A program made the translations under genes and the position numbers. Shown piece after piece: positions 9,506 through 18,916 of a stretch of 64,000 nt of DNA (position 1 is its first letter; each line of letters opens with the position of its first letter). The notes under the pieces are model-generated. The model did no database searches, was not told the DNA's origin, and was given only the letters and a program-made list of their open reading frames with translations. Location of the stretch: positions 9,996 to 73,995 of the forward strand of contig JAHJTW010000183.1 in NCBI GenBank assembly GCA_018829565.1, read 5' to 3'. Source of the stretch: a bacterium. GTDB taxonomy: Bacteria > Krumholzibacteriota > Krumholzibacteriia > LZORAL124-64-63.

Positions 9506-10648
9506 ATGAAGCCAGAGACAAACAAGCGCATCGGCCGTTACGACCTCGTCACGCCCTTGCTGCCCTGCAAGGATCTCATCCTTGCCAAGTTCGAGAAGCT
9601 GCTGATGTCGGGGCAATTCATCCTGGGCGAGGAGGTCCGCCTGCTCGAGGAGGAACTGGCCGCCGAAAGCGAGGTGGCCGACGCCGTCGGCGTGGCCTCC
9701 GGATCGAGCGCGCTGTTCGTGGCCCTCTCGGTGGCCGGGGTGCGCCCCGGCGACGAGGTGATCACCACGCCGTACACCTTCGACGCCACCATCGAGGCCA
9801 TCGTGCTCCTGGGCGCGGTGCCGGTCCTGGTGGACATCCATCCGCACGACCTGAACATCGATCCCGCCCGGATCGAGGATGCGGTCACCGAGAAGACCCG
9901 GGCCATCCTGCCCGTGCCCATCTTCGGGGCGCCCTGCGACATGGACCCCATCCTGGACATCGGCCGGCGCTTCGGCCTTCAGGTCGTCACGGACATGGCC
10001 CAGGCCTGGGGCACCCTCTACAACGGCCGGCCCATCGGCTCCTTCGGACGGATGAGCACCCTCAGCTTCTACCCCACCAAGAACCTGCCCGGCATCGGGG
10101 ACGGGGGCATGGTGTTCTGCCGCGACCAGGAGGACGCCGAGCGGATCCGGCGCATCCGGGGCCACCAGGCCGTCCGGATGAACGGGCACCTCTACACCGG
10201 CTGGAACAGCCGGCTGGACGAGGTTCAGGCCATGGTGATCCGGATCCGTCACGCGCGCCTGGCCGAGGAGCAGCGGGACCGCGACCAGGTCGCCGCCATC
10301 TACGACAGCTACATCCCCCCCACCAACCGCCTGCGCACGCCCAACGGCGGTCAGGGGATGAAGGTCACCTACCACCAGTACTGGGTGCGCAGCGGCGATC
10401 GCGACGGACTGCGCCGGCTGCTGGACTCCCACGGGATCGACACCGGGGTCTACTACGATCCCCCCTTGAACCACCACGAGCTCGTGGAATACTGTCGGGT
10501 GCAGGGACGTCTCGCCGAGGCCGAGAGGGCCGGAGCCGAGGTGCTGACCCTGCCCATCCACGCGGCCCTGCCGTTCGCGGACGCCCACCGCATCGGGGCG
10601 CTGGTCGGGGAATTCCTCGCCGGCTCCGTTGCGTCCACTCCAGCCTGA
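9506..10648 (+). CDS. DegT/DnrJ/EryC1/StrS PLP-dependent sugar aminotransferase
   Basis: GDEVIT, DMAQAWG, SFYPTKNL, GDGG and NSRLDEVQA motifs. Confidence 0.88.
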   Translation: MKPETNKRIGRYDLVTPLLPCKDLILAKFEKLLMSGQFILGEEVRLLEEELAAESEVADAVGVASGSSALFVALSVAGVRPGDEVITTPYTFDATIEAIVLLGAVPVLVDIHPHDLNIDPARIEDAVTEKTRAILPVPIFGAPCDMDPILDIGRRFGLQVVTDMAQAWGTLYNGRPIGSFGRMSTLSFYPTKNLPGIGDGGMVFCRDQEDAERIRRIRGHQAVRMNGHLYTGWNSRLDEVQAMVIRIRHARLAEEQRDRDQVAAIYDSYIPPTNRLRTPNGGQGMKVTYHQYWVRSGDRDGLRRLLDSHGIDTGVYYDPPLNHHELVEYCRVQGRLAEAERAGAEVLTLPIHAALPFADAHRIGALVGEFLAGSVASTPA

Positions 10649-10658
10649 GGTGATTGGA

Positions 10659-11792
10659 TTGAAGAGCCGGGTCCTCAGTTTCGGAAGCCTCGCCTCGCCT
10701 CTGGCCCGCAACCAGACCCAGGCCATCGTCGACGCACTGCAGACCGCCTCGCCGCGGATCACCTGCCAGTTGAACTTCCTGGCCTCGCCGGTGGCGGACC
10801 ACGACAAGTCCGACGAGCCTTTCCTGGCGGCCAGCCGGGCCGAGGTGGAATTCCTCGAGCGGATGGTGATCGAGGAGCAATCCCGCCTCATCGTCCTGGA
10901 GGCGGCCGACATGGTCCTGCCCCTGCCGACGGGACTCGAGGTGCTCTGCGTCCCGGACCGGGGCAACCCCTTCGACACCTTCCTGAACCGGCACGGGCGC
11001 ATCATGGACGAGATGGAGAACGGCAGCATCATCGGCGTGCTCAGCACGCGCCTGCGCGCCCAGCTCTCCGCCCTGTGGCCGAACCTCACCTTCGAGATCC
11101 TGCGGGGCGGCGTGGACCGCGCCATGGAGACGCATCTGCGACGCACCGAGATCGACGGGCTGGTCCTGCCTTCGGCCGTGACCGAGCACCTCGGTGTGCA
11201 GGGCATCGCCGCGGAGATCTTCTCCCCCGAGTTCGTCCTGCCCGGGCCCGGCCAGGGCCTGCTCGCGGTGGTGGGGAGCAGCCAGGACCTGGAGGCCCGG
11301 GAGCTCCTGGCCTGCCTGCACTCCGATGCCAGCGCCGTCGAGCTGCTCACCGAACAGGCCTTCTGCAGCCGCATGATCTCGGACCAGGATCTGCCCGTGG
11401 GCGCCCTGGCCCGGGTCAAGGGCGGCGAGGTCGTCATCACCGGCACCACCGGCAAGGGGAACAACCGCATCTCGGTCAACGGTCCCATAGCCCAGGCCGA
11501 GGCCGTGGGACTGGGTCTGGCCAGCCAGATCCTCGGCTGCGCGGACACCTTCGCCGACCTGCTCGAGGCCGATTTCCCCGAAGGGTTGCCCGACGATGAA
11601 GAGGATCCGGCCGTCGAGGACGATCTGCTGAAGGATTTCGACCGGGAACACGGCGGGGATCCGGAAGTCGACGATTTCGACTTCGAGGACGATGATCTCG
11701 ACGATCCCGATCTGGAGGTCGACCTGCTGGTGGAGATGGAGTCCGATCTGGACGACGACTTCGCCGGGGACGACGATCCGGACGACCGCTGA
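10659..11792 (+). CDS. hydroxymethylbilane synthase (HemC)-like protein with degenerate active site and acidic C-terminal tail
   Basis: Colinear with HemC (SPLA..Q, G..S.R, LRG.V, LP.PGQG, P.G) but lacks the GGC cofactor Cys; TTG start after GAGGTG. Confidence 0.75.
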   Translation: MKSRVLSFGSLASPLARNQTQAIVDALQTASPRITCQLNFLASPVADHDKSDEPFLAASRAEVEFLERMVIEEQSRLIVLEAADMVLPLPTGLEVLCVPDRGNPFDTFLNRHGRIMDEMENGSIIGVLSTRLRAQLSALWPNLTFEILRGGVDRAMETHLRRTEIDGLVLPSAVTEHLGVQGIAAEIFSPEFVLPGPGQGLLAVVGSSQDLEARELLACLHSDASAVELLTEQAFCSRMISDQDLPVGALARVKGGEVVITGTTGKGNNRISVNGPIAQAEAVGLGLASQILGCADTFADLLEADFPEGLPDDEEDPAVEDDLLKDFDREHGGDPEVDDFDFEDDDLDDPDLEVDLLVEMESDLDDDFAGDDDPDDR

Positions 11793-11810
11793 TCCCCGCT
11801 GCCCCGGCCG

Positions 11811-12731
11811 TCAGCCCTGCTTGCCCAGGTCCCGGGCGATCCGCGCGGCGGTGAACGGATCGCGCATCTGGGCCGTACCCACCTGGACGGCCACGGCCCC
11901 GAGGGCGAAGAACTTCAGCGCGTCCTCGGCCGTCGCGATCCCCCCCGCTCCCACCACCGGAACCCCCGTGCGGCTCACGATCTCGTCCACCTTGGCCAGG
12001 GCCAGGGGCAGGAGGGCGGGTCCCGAATAACCGCCGAAGCGGCGGGGCAGGATCGGCTTCCCCGTGGCCAGGTCGACCTCCAGCCCGACGAAGGTGTTCA
12101 CGGCGCTGACGGCGTCGGCCCCCGCCTCGGCCGCGGCCCGCGCGAGGCCGGCGATGTCCGCCACGTTGGGGGTGAGCTTGGCCAGCAGGGCCCGGTCGGG
12201 CAGATGGGACCGCGCCGCAGCCACGCATTGCGCCACCGTGCGCGGATCCTTCCCGAAGTCGTGCCCGCCCTCGGCGACGTTGGGACAGGAGAGGTTCAAC
12301 TCCACCCCGTGCCAGCACCCCAGCGGCCCCGCGCACTCCTGCAGGCGGGCGGCCATGGCCCCGAACTCGCCGGGATTCGTGGCAGCCAGGCTGACGACCG
12401 TGGGCACCCCCCGTTCCTCCAGCTCGGGAAGCACCTCCGCCAGGAAGGCCTCGAAGCCCACGTTCTCCAGCCCGATGCTGTTCAGGGCCCCGTGGGGCGT
12501 CTCGACCAGCCTGGGCATGGGATTGCCGGATCGCGGCAGGGGCGTGACCGTCTTGGTCACCACCGCCCCCAGCCCGGAGTAGGGGGACGCCACGTCGTCG
12601 GACGTCATGTCGTGCCCGGTCAGCCCGTAGGCGAAGCAGCCCGAGGCGGTCCAGATGCGGCCGGGAAAGATCCGGGGACCCAGCTGGAACCGGGCGCAGG
12701 GATCGATGGTCCACCAGGCGGGATGCAGCAC
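11811..12731 (-). CDS. pyrD: dihydroorotate dehydrogenase B, catalytic subunit
   Basis: ASG, KTVT, LNSIGLEN, ELNLSCPN, KLTPN and GGYSG motifs. Confidence 0.9.
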   Translation of the reverse strand: MLHPAWWTIDPCARFQLGPRIFPGRIWTASGCFAYGLTGHDMTSDDVASPYSGLGAVVTKTVTPLPRSGNPMPRLVETPHGALNSIGLENVGFEAFLAEVLPELEERGVPTVVSLAATNPGEFGAMAARLQECAGPLGCWHGVELNLSCPNVAEGGHDFGKDPRTVAQCVAAARSHLPDRALLAKLTPNVADIAGLARAAAEAGADAVSAVNTFVGLEVDLATGKPILPRRFGGYSGPALLPLALAKVDEIVSRTGVPVVGAGGIATAEDALKFFALGAVAVQVGTAQMRDPFTAARIARDLGKQG

Positions 12732-12771
12732 GGAACAAACCTCGCGGTGCAGGGGCGGGACGGCCCGCCGG

Positions 12772-13596
12772 TCAGGTCCAGATCAGGTCTTCGGCCCGGA
12801 ACACCGGGCCCTCCTGGCAACAGGTGGCGTTGCGGCTTCCCGGCCCGGACCCCGGGATCCCCGGAACCCGGACCTGCACCACGCATCCCTTGCAGACGCC
12901 GTAGCCGCAGCCCATGTGCTCCTCGAGAGAAAGCCAGCATTCCCAGTCTTGCGCCGCGGCCAGATCCGCGGCGGCCCTCAGCAGGAGCCTCGGGCCGCAG
13001 GAAAGCAGCAGGATGCGGTCGCGCCCCCGGGGCAACTCCGGACCGGCCACCGGTGCGGTCACCAGGCCGGTGACGGCGGGATGTCCGTCCAGGCCGTCCG
13101 GGTCCTCGACGCACACGGTCCAGCGCTCATCCAGCAGATTCCAGGGGACGTCGTGGCCTTCGCGGGCGCCGAAGCAGGCCAGGTCGCCGGGCCGGCCGTG
13201 CCGGGCCAGCCAGTCGTGCAGGGGCGGCAGTCCCACGCCGCCGGCCAGCAGGACGGCCCGCTGCCCGGGAGTCCTGGCGGGAAAGGGCCGGCCCAGGGGG
13301 CCGAGGAAGCTGACGGGGGCCCCGGGACCGAGATCGGCGAAGGCGGCGGTGCCGCGTCCGACCACCCGGTACAGGAAGGAGACATCCTGGCCGTCGGCGG
13401 CCAGGATGCTGAACGGCCGGCTGAAGACCATCCCTGACGGACCCGCCAGGTTCAGCATGGCGAACTGCCCCGGCGAGAAATCCAGGGGACGGGCGAGGAC
13501 CAGATCCATGCGGATCAGTCCGCTGGAGACCGGCCGGTTGGCGGTCACCCGGCCGATGCCCTGGTAGGCCCCGGGCAGGGGATCAGGAGTGTTCAC
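12772..13596 (-). CDS. pyrK: dihydroorotate dehydrogenase electron transfer subunit
   Basis: PGQF, RPFS, GPLG, GGVGLPP and MGCGYGVCKGC...C.EGPVF motifs. Confidence 0.9.
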   Translation of the reverse strand: MNTPDPLPGAYQGIGRVTANRPVSSGLIRMDLVLARPLDFSPGQFAMLNLAGPSGMVFSRPFSILAADGQDVSFLYRVVGRGTAAFADLGPGAPVSFLGPLGRPFPARTPGQRAVLLAGGVGLPPLHDWLARHGRPGDLACFGAREGHDVPWNLLDERWTVCVEDPDGLDGHPAVTGLVTAPVAGPELPRGRDRILLLSCGPRLLLRAAADLAAAQDWECWLSLEEHMGCGYGVCKGCVVQVRVPGIPGSGPGSRNATCCQEGPVFRAEDLIWT

Positions 13597-13629
13597 GGAG
13601 CGGTCCTTCCGGGCCGGCGGGGCCCAGGC

Positions 13630-15603
13630 TCAGCGCAGGAAATCCCAGTTCTCATCCAGCTTCTTCTTCTTTTCTTCCTCGTCCTTCTTGTCCTCGTCCT
13701 TCTTGTCCTCATCCGTCTCCTGGCCTTCGACCTGCTCGCCGGTCTGCAGGCTATCCGCCCGCTGCACCTGGCCGGGGTCGCCCGGAGGCACCAGTGCGCC
13801 GGCTTCGCCGACGGCGGCCCGCACGGAGTCGCCGTCGGCGAAGCCGGGCAATCCGGCCGTATCCGCCGGAGCGGCGGCGGTTCCCGGCATCATGCCGGCG
13901 GGAGCCCCCACGGGCCCCGGCCCGGCATCGCCGGCCGGGACGGTTCTCCGCTGCAACCTCTCCAGGGCCTCCCGCGGCGGGGGGAAGACGAGGTTGTCCC
14001 GGCGGGCCAGGTAGACCATGCGCCGCCTCAATCCCGGCTCGACGGTCGCCGGACGGCCGGCTCCGGGCTGGGTGGACTCACCGATCTCCTGGAGTGCCCG
14101 CAGTTCCTCCTCCGTGAGCGCGGCGAAGGCCTCGGCCTGCTTGCGCGAGCGGAGTTCCATGAGATAGCCCAGGAGCCCTTCCCCGGAATCCCCCGATCGC
14201 GCTTCGAAGGCCTGGGGAGAGTCCGGATAGCGCCGCTGCAGTTCCTGGGCGAACATCTCCGCGGAATCCGGCCGGGCCAGGTGATCGCGGTAGGCCAGCA
14301 TGGCCCCGTAGAGGGCCCGGGCGGCGTCCGTGCTGTCGGCCGCGGTATCGGCGGCGGCCTGCTGATAGAGGGCGGCGGCCTGTCCGGGCCGGCCCAGCCC
14401 GAACAGCAGGGCGTTGGCCTGCAGCACCCTGAGCCGCGGTGCGCGGTCCCCCTGGGCGTCCTTCAGGGCCGCCTCGGCGGCCAGGTAGTCGTTCAGGTCC
14501 TCGTTCAGCCGCCTGGTCCGCTCCAGGTCGTCCAGTTCGTCCTTCTGGCGCAGGGCCTCCTGGAACTGGACCTTGGCGTCCTCCCACTGTCCCCGGCGCA
14601 GCAACTCGTAGCCCAGGATGTCCGCGGCCCGGGCCTTCACGGCCGGGGTCTGCCATTCCAGCGGCATGTTCTCCAGGACCGGTGAGGCGTCCTCCCCCCG
14701 GCCCTGGGCGATGAAGTTCTCCGCTTCGACCAGGGCGACCATGCCCTCGGACCGGTAGATGCCGGCCTCGGGCTTCAGACCCGCCACCAGGTCGTCGACC
14801 AGGGCGTATTCACCCAGCTTCACGTGGACCCGGGCGCTGAGCAGGCGGGCCTGGAAGTCGATCTCCGTGCTCTCCTCCGATCCGGCCACCGTATCGAGGA
14901 CCCTGGCAGCCTCCTCGTAGCGTTCCAGTTCCCAGTAGCAGGTGGCGAGTTTCAGGCCGATCCGGTCGGGCTCCCTGACCCCGGTCTCCTGGGCCAGGTA
15001 TTCGCGGTAGCTGGCCGCGGCCGCCTCCCAGTTCTCCAGGGCGTAGGCGTTGTCCCCGGTGACCTTGCGGGTCTCGGCCTGGAACCGGCTCTCGGGAAAC
15101 TTCTTGGCCAGACGGTCCAGGTATTCCTGGCTGCGGGGCAGACTGCCGATCAGGAGGTGGTTCAGCCCCTGGATGTACAGCGACTCCTCCAGGTACTCGG
15201 AGGCGGGGAAGTTGGTGAACAGCAGGTCCAGCTTGCGGATGGACATCCGGTAGGATTCGAGCCGGTGATAGGCCTTGGCCTGCAGGAACAGGGCGTCGTC
15301 GGTCAGACCGTGGCCCGGGTAGTCGTCCAGGATCTTCTGGGCCTTGCGGATGGCCTCCTCGTAGTCGTTCTTCTGCTGGCCGCCAGGTTTGGGAGGATCC
15401 TGGTGCTTCCTCAGGGCCTCGTTGCGCACGTGTTCGGCGTTGTCGAAGGCCCGCTTGGCGTTGAAGTAGGTGTTGTACTTGGCGCAACCGGCCAGGACCA
15501 CCGCCAGGACCAGCAGGACGATGACGAACCCACCGGTCCGCACCGTCCCCCGCAGCGGACGGTCTGCAGCCTTGAGGTCATCCTGCCGGGGACTGGGAGG
15601 CAT
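13630..15603 (-). CDS. outer-membrane TPR lipoprotein (PorW/SprE- or BamD-like)
   Basis: LAGC lipobox, YNTYFNAK motif, many TPRs, charged C-terminus; true start may be slightly downstream. Confidence 0.7.
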   Translation of the reverse strand: MPPSPRQDDLKAADRPLRGTVRTGGFVIVLLVLAVVLAGCAKYNTYFNAKRAFDNAEHVRNEALRKHQDPPKPGGQQKNDYEEAIRKAQKILDDYPGHGLTDDALFLQAKAYHRLESYRMSIRKLDLLFTNFPASEYLEESLYIQGLNHLLIGSLPRSQEYLDRLAKKFPESRFQAETRKVTGDNAYALENWEAAAASYREYLAQETGVREPDRIGLKLATCYWELERYEEAARVLDTVAGSEESTEIDFQARLLSARVHVKLGEYALVDDLVAGLKPEAGIYRSEGMVALVEAENFIAQGRGEDASPVLENMPLEWQTPAVKARAADILGYELLRRGQWEDAKVQFQEALRQKDELDDLERTRRLNEDLNDYLAAEAALKDAQGDRAPRLRVLQANALLFGLGRPGQAAALYQQAAADTAADSTDAARALYGAMLAYRDHLARPDSAEMFAQELQRRYPDSPQAFEARSGDSGEGLLGYLMELRSRKQAEAFAALTEEELRALQEIGESTQPGAGRPATVEPGLRRRMVYLARRDNLVFPPPREALERLQRRTVPAGDAGPGPVGAPAGMMPGTAAAPADTAGLPGFADGDSVRAAVGEAGALVPPGDPGQVQRADSLQTGEQVEGQETDEDKKDEDKKDEEEKKKKLDENWDFLR

Positions 15604-15761
15604 CCGGGCCTTTCACGACCAGGGTTGACGGAATCGGGCAAGCTGCCGCAGCCAAGGATGATAGCAGGTTCTTGCCGCGGAGGCCAACCCGCTCGGGGAC
15701 GGGATCATCCCGGAGAACATGCAAGATGCATTCCCGGGGCGGGTCGCCTGCGGCGACCCGG

Positions 15762-17093
15762 TCAATCCTCCCCGCGGGGGGCCAGTTCCGGGTCCAGCCA
15801 GGTCAGCCGCCCGCGCATGAAGGTGGCGGCCACCTTGCCGCTGAGCTTCTCCCCCAGGTAGGAGGAGTTGCGGCTGCGGGACTTGAAGCCCTCGGCCCGG
15901 ACCACCCACTCCTTCTCGGGGTCGAACAGGACGAAGTCGGCCTCGGCGCCCTCCTCGAGGCGGCCCACGGGCAGGTTCAGGGCCCTGGCCGGCTTCTCGG
16001 TCATCAGTTCCACCAGCCGGCCCAGATCCATGACCCCGCTGTTGACCAGGTAGGTGATGCCCACCCCCAGGGCGGTCTCCAGTCCGGTGACCCCGAACGG
16101 GGCCTGGTCGAACTGGTATTCCTTCTCGGTCGCCGTGTGGGGCGCATGATCGGTGGCGATGCAGTCGAGGGTGCCGTCGGCCAGGCCCTCGGCGACGGCG
16201 TTGACGTCCTCGCTCTCGCGCAAGGGGGGATTCATCTTGAACAGGGGCGAATACTCCCGGCACCGGGAATGATCCAGGCTGAAGTGATGGGGAGTGGCCT
16301 CGGCGGTCACGTGCACGCCCTCGGACTTGGCCCGCCGGATGATCTCCACCGCCCCGCGGGTGGACACGTGCGCCACGTGCAGGTGCCCGCCGGAAGCGCG
16401 CGCCAGTTCGATGTCCCGGAAGGTGGACGAATCCTCGCTGGCCCGCGCCATTCCCGCCAGACCGAGACGGGCGGACCAGTAGCCGGCATGCATGACCCCG
16501 TTGCCGACGATGGTCAGGTCCTCGGCGTGGCTGATGATGGGCACGCCCAGCATGCCGGCGTACTTCAGGGCGTTGGCCATGAGGTTGCCGTTGGGCACCG
16601 GCGAGCCGTCGTCGGTGAAACCCACCGCGCCGGCGGCGACCATGTCGCCGAACTCGCACATCGCCTCGCCCTGACGGCCGGGGCTGATGGCCCCGGTGGG
16701 GAAGATGCGGCACAGGCCGGCATCCCGCCCCCGGTCGATGAGGTAGCGGACCATGCCCGAGTTGTCGATGGCCGGCGAGGTGTTGGGCATGGTCACCACC
16801 GAGGTGAAGCCCCCCGCGGCGGCGGCGAGGCTGCCGGTGGCGACGGTCTCCTTCTCCTCCTGGCCCGGTTCCCGGAAGTGCACGTGCAGGTCCACGAAGC
16901 CGGGGGCGCAGACCAGGCCCGCACCGTCCAGGACGGGCAGGCCCTCCATGGTGGGCGAGCCGACCCCGAGCCCCTCGATGCGCCCCTTGCGGACGTGCAG
17001 GAAACCCTTGCGCTTGCCGAGCTTGCCCTGGGTGCAGAGCCGCACGTTGGTGACCAGGAACTCGGCCGGGATGCGCTTCCAGCTCCAATCCAT
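15762..17093 (-). CDS. pyrC: dihydroorotase
   Basis: DLHVHFREPG, MPNT, HVST, KMNPPLR and ATDHAPH motifs. Confidence 0.92.
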   Translation of the reverse strand: MDWSWKRIPAEFLVTNVRLCTQGKLGKRKGFLHVRKGRIEGLGVGSPTMEGLPVLDGAGLVCAPGFVDLHVHFREPGQEEKETVATGSLAAAAGGFTSVVTMPNTSPAIDNSGMVRYLIDRGRDAGLCRIFPTGAISPGRQGEAMCEFGDMVAAGAVGFTDDGSPVPNGNLMANALKYAGMLGVPIISHAEDLTIVGNGVMHAGYWSARLGLAGMARASEDSSTFRDIELARASGGHLHVAHVSTRGAVEIIRRAKSEGVHVTAEATPHHFSLDHSRCREYSPLFKMNPPLRESEDVNAVAEGLADGTLDCIATDHAPHTATEKEYQFDQAPFGVTGLETALGVGITYLVNSGVMDLGRLVELMTEKPARALNLPVGRLEEGAEADFVLFDPEKEWVVRAEGFKSRSRNSSYLGEKLSGKVAATFMRGRLTWLDPELAPRGED

Positions 17094-17161
17094 CGTTTAC
17101 CTCTTGCGGGTCAGGGACCGGCCCCGGGGGCGCGGCCCGCGTTGTTTCCGTCGGATCCCGG

Positions 17162-18112
17162 TCAGGCGGCCTGCCCGCCGCCGAGCGCGCCCGGGTCGCC
17201 GCCCGAGAGCAGGTAGATCAGGGCCATGCGCACGGCCACGCCGTTGGCCACCTGGTCGAGGATCACCTGGCGCGGCCCGTCGGCCACCTCGCTGGCGATC
17301 TCCACGTCCCGGTTCATGGGGCCCGGATGCAGGATGAAGGCCTCGGGCTTCAGGCCGCGGACGATCTCCTCGGTGATGCCGTACATCCGGTGATACTCGC
17401 GGTTGCTGGGGAACGACTTGCTGGCGTGGCGCTCCAGCTGGATGCGCAGCACGTTCAGCACGTCGGCCCTGGCCACGGCCCGCTTGAGGTCGTGCTCGAC
17501 CTTCACTCCCAGCTTCTCCAGGGCGCCGGGCACCATGGTCGGCGGCCCGCACAGGGTCACCTCGGCCCCCAGCTTGGTCAGGCCCCAGATGTTCGACCGG
17601 GCCACCCGGCTGTGGGCGATGTCCCCGATGATGGTGACCTTCTTGCCGCGCAGGTCGCCCAGGCGCTGGCGCATGGTCATGATGTCCAGGAGCCCCTGGG
17701 TGGGGTGCTCGTGGGCCCCGTCCCCCGCGTTGATCACCGAGCATTCCAGCACGCCCGCCAGGTAGGCCGCCGCGCCGGCGCTGCTGTGCCGGATGATGAG
17801 CATGTCGATCTTCATGGCCGCCAGGTTCTCGGCCGTGTCGCGCAGGGTCTCGCCCTTCTTGAAGCTGCTGGTGGCCGTCGAGAAGTTCACGATGTCCGCG
17901 GACAGGCGCTTCTCGGCGAGCTCGAAGCTGATGCGGGTGCGGGTGCTGGGCTCGTGGAAGAAGTTGACCACGGTGCGGCCGCGCATGATGGGGACGCTGC
18001 GCACGGGGCGGTCGAACACCGCCCGGAAGCGGGCGGCGATCTCCAGGACCCCCAGGATCTCCTCGGCGGACATCTCTTCCAGGCCCAGGACGTCCTTGCT
18101 CTTGAGGATCAT
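17162..18112 (-). CDS. pyrB: aspartate carbamoyltransferase
   Basis: EPSTRT, KGETL.DT, NAGDG.HEHPTQ and HPGPMNR motifs; start MILKSK overlaps the pyrR stop. Confidence 0.93.
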   Translation of the reverse strand: MILKSKDVLGLEEMSAEEILGVLEIAARFRAVFDRPVRSVPIMRGRTVVNFFHEPSTRTRISFELAEKRLSADIVNFSTATSSFKKGETLRDTAENLAAMKIDMLIIRHSSAGAAAYLAGVLECSVINAGDGAHEHPTQGLLDIMTMRQRLGDLRGKKVTIIGDIAHSRVARSNIWGLTKLGAEVTLCGPPTMVPGALEKLGVKVEHDLKRAVARADVLNVLRIQLERHASKSFPSNREYHRMYGITEEIVRGLKPEAFILHPGPMNRDVEIASEVADGPRQVILDQVANGVAVRMALIYLLSGGDPGALGGGQAA

Positions 18113-18660
18113 CCTTCCGTGACCTCCCCGACCACCACTTCCTGGCGGTCGTCGAAATCCTTGACCTTCACCTTGATGATCTCCTTCTGGGAGGTCGGGA
18201 CGTTCTTGCCCACGAAGTCCGGCCGGATGGGCAGTTCCCGGTGGCCGCGGTCCACCAGGACGGCCAGGCGGATGGCGGCCGGGCGGCCCCAGTCCATGAT
18301 CACGTCCAGGGCGGCGCGGACCGTGCGGCCGGTGTACAGCACGTCGTCCACCAGGATGATGATCTTCCTGTTCACGTCGAAGGGCATCTCCGTGCTGGCG
18401 ACCTGGGGAGCGGGACCGAGGGTGGACAGGTCGTCCCGGTAGAAGGTGATGTCCAGGGCCCCCTGGGGCACCTCGGTGCCCTCGATCTGCTTGATGGCCT
18501 CCCCCAGCATCCTCGCCAGCGGCACGCCCCGGCGCTGGATCCCCAGCAACACCAGGTCCTTGACGCCCTTGTTGGCCTCGACGACCTCGTGCGCCATCCG
18601 CTTGACGGCGCGGGTCATCTCGCTGGAATTCATGATGACGGCTTTCTCGACGAAATTCAT
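18109..18660 (-). CDS. pyrR: pyrimidine regulator / uracil phosphoribosyltransferase
   Basis: LDITFYRDD, VDDVLYTGRT and DRGHRELPI motifs. Confidence 0.95.
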   Translation of the reverse strand: MNFVEKAVIMNSSEMTRAVKRMAHEVVEANKGVKDLVLLGIQRRGVPLARMLGEAIKQIEGTEVPQGALDITFYRDDLSTLGPAPQVASTEMPFDVNRKIIILVDDVLYTGRTVRAALDVIMDWGRPAAIRLAVLVDRGHRELPIRPDFVGKNVPTSQKEIIKVKVKDFDDRQEVVVGEVTEG

Positions 18661-18684
18661 ACCGCTTCCCCGGGTTCGGGCCAG

Positions 18685-18780
18685 AAAAAAGGCATGGGCG
18701 CACCGCTCCATGCCGGATTTTTCCTGCAGGCCTCCTTGGTCGTGTCGGGTGGTCAGCCCGGATGATCCGGCTCGCATGGC
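18685..18780 (-). promoter_or_regulatory. pyr attenuator leader (terminator, antiterminator, possible PyrR loop)
   Basis: Minus strand GGCATGG-loop-CCATGCC-TTTTTT ends 25 nt before the pyrR ATG. Upstream CCAT...GCCGGAT can pair with ATCCGGCATGG. GACCAAGGAGGCCTG resembles a PyrR loop. Confidence 0.65.
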
Positions 18781-18916
18781 CGCTGCGCCGGGCGATGGCC
18801 GGGAAATCCGGACGGGCTCCGCAGGAATCTAGCAACCTGCGTCCGGGCCAGCAAGCCCGTTTTCTCCGCGGGGATTCCGGGGTCCGCCCTCCGGCCGGCC
18901 GGACCGGCCATCGGGT

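Noticed and set aside
7907..11548. Very long antisense or alternate-frame ORFs (1213 aa here; also 59399..62716, 33117..35849, 46260..48671, 1916..4156)
   Set aside because: They are shadows of real genes caused by high GC codon bias and show no motifs or RBS.
17162..18835. Apparent long N-terminal extensions of pyrB, HK (to 30680), M16 (from 34207), dusB (to 23157) and ClC (to 35375)
   Set aside because: The extensions overlap neighbouring genes; RBS-supported downstream starts give normal lengths.
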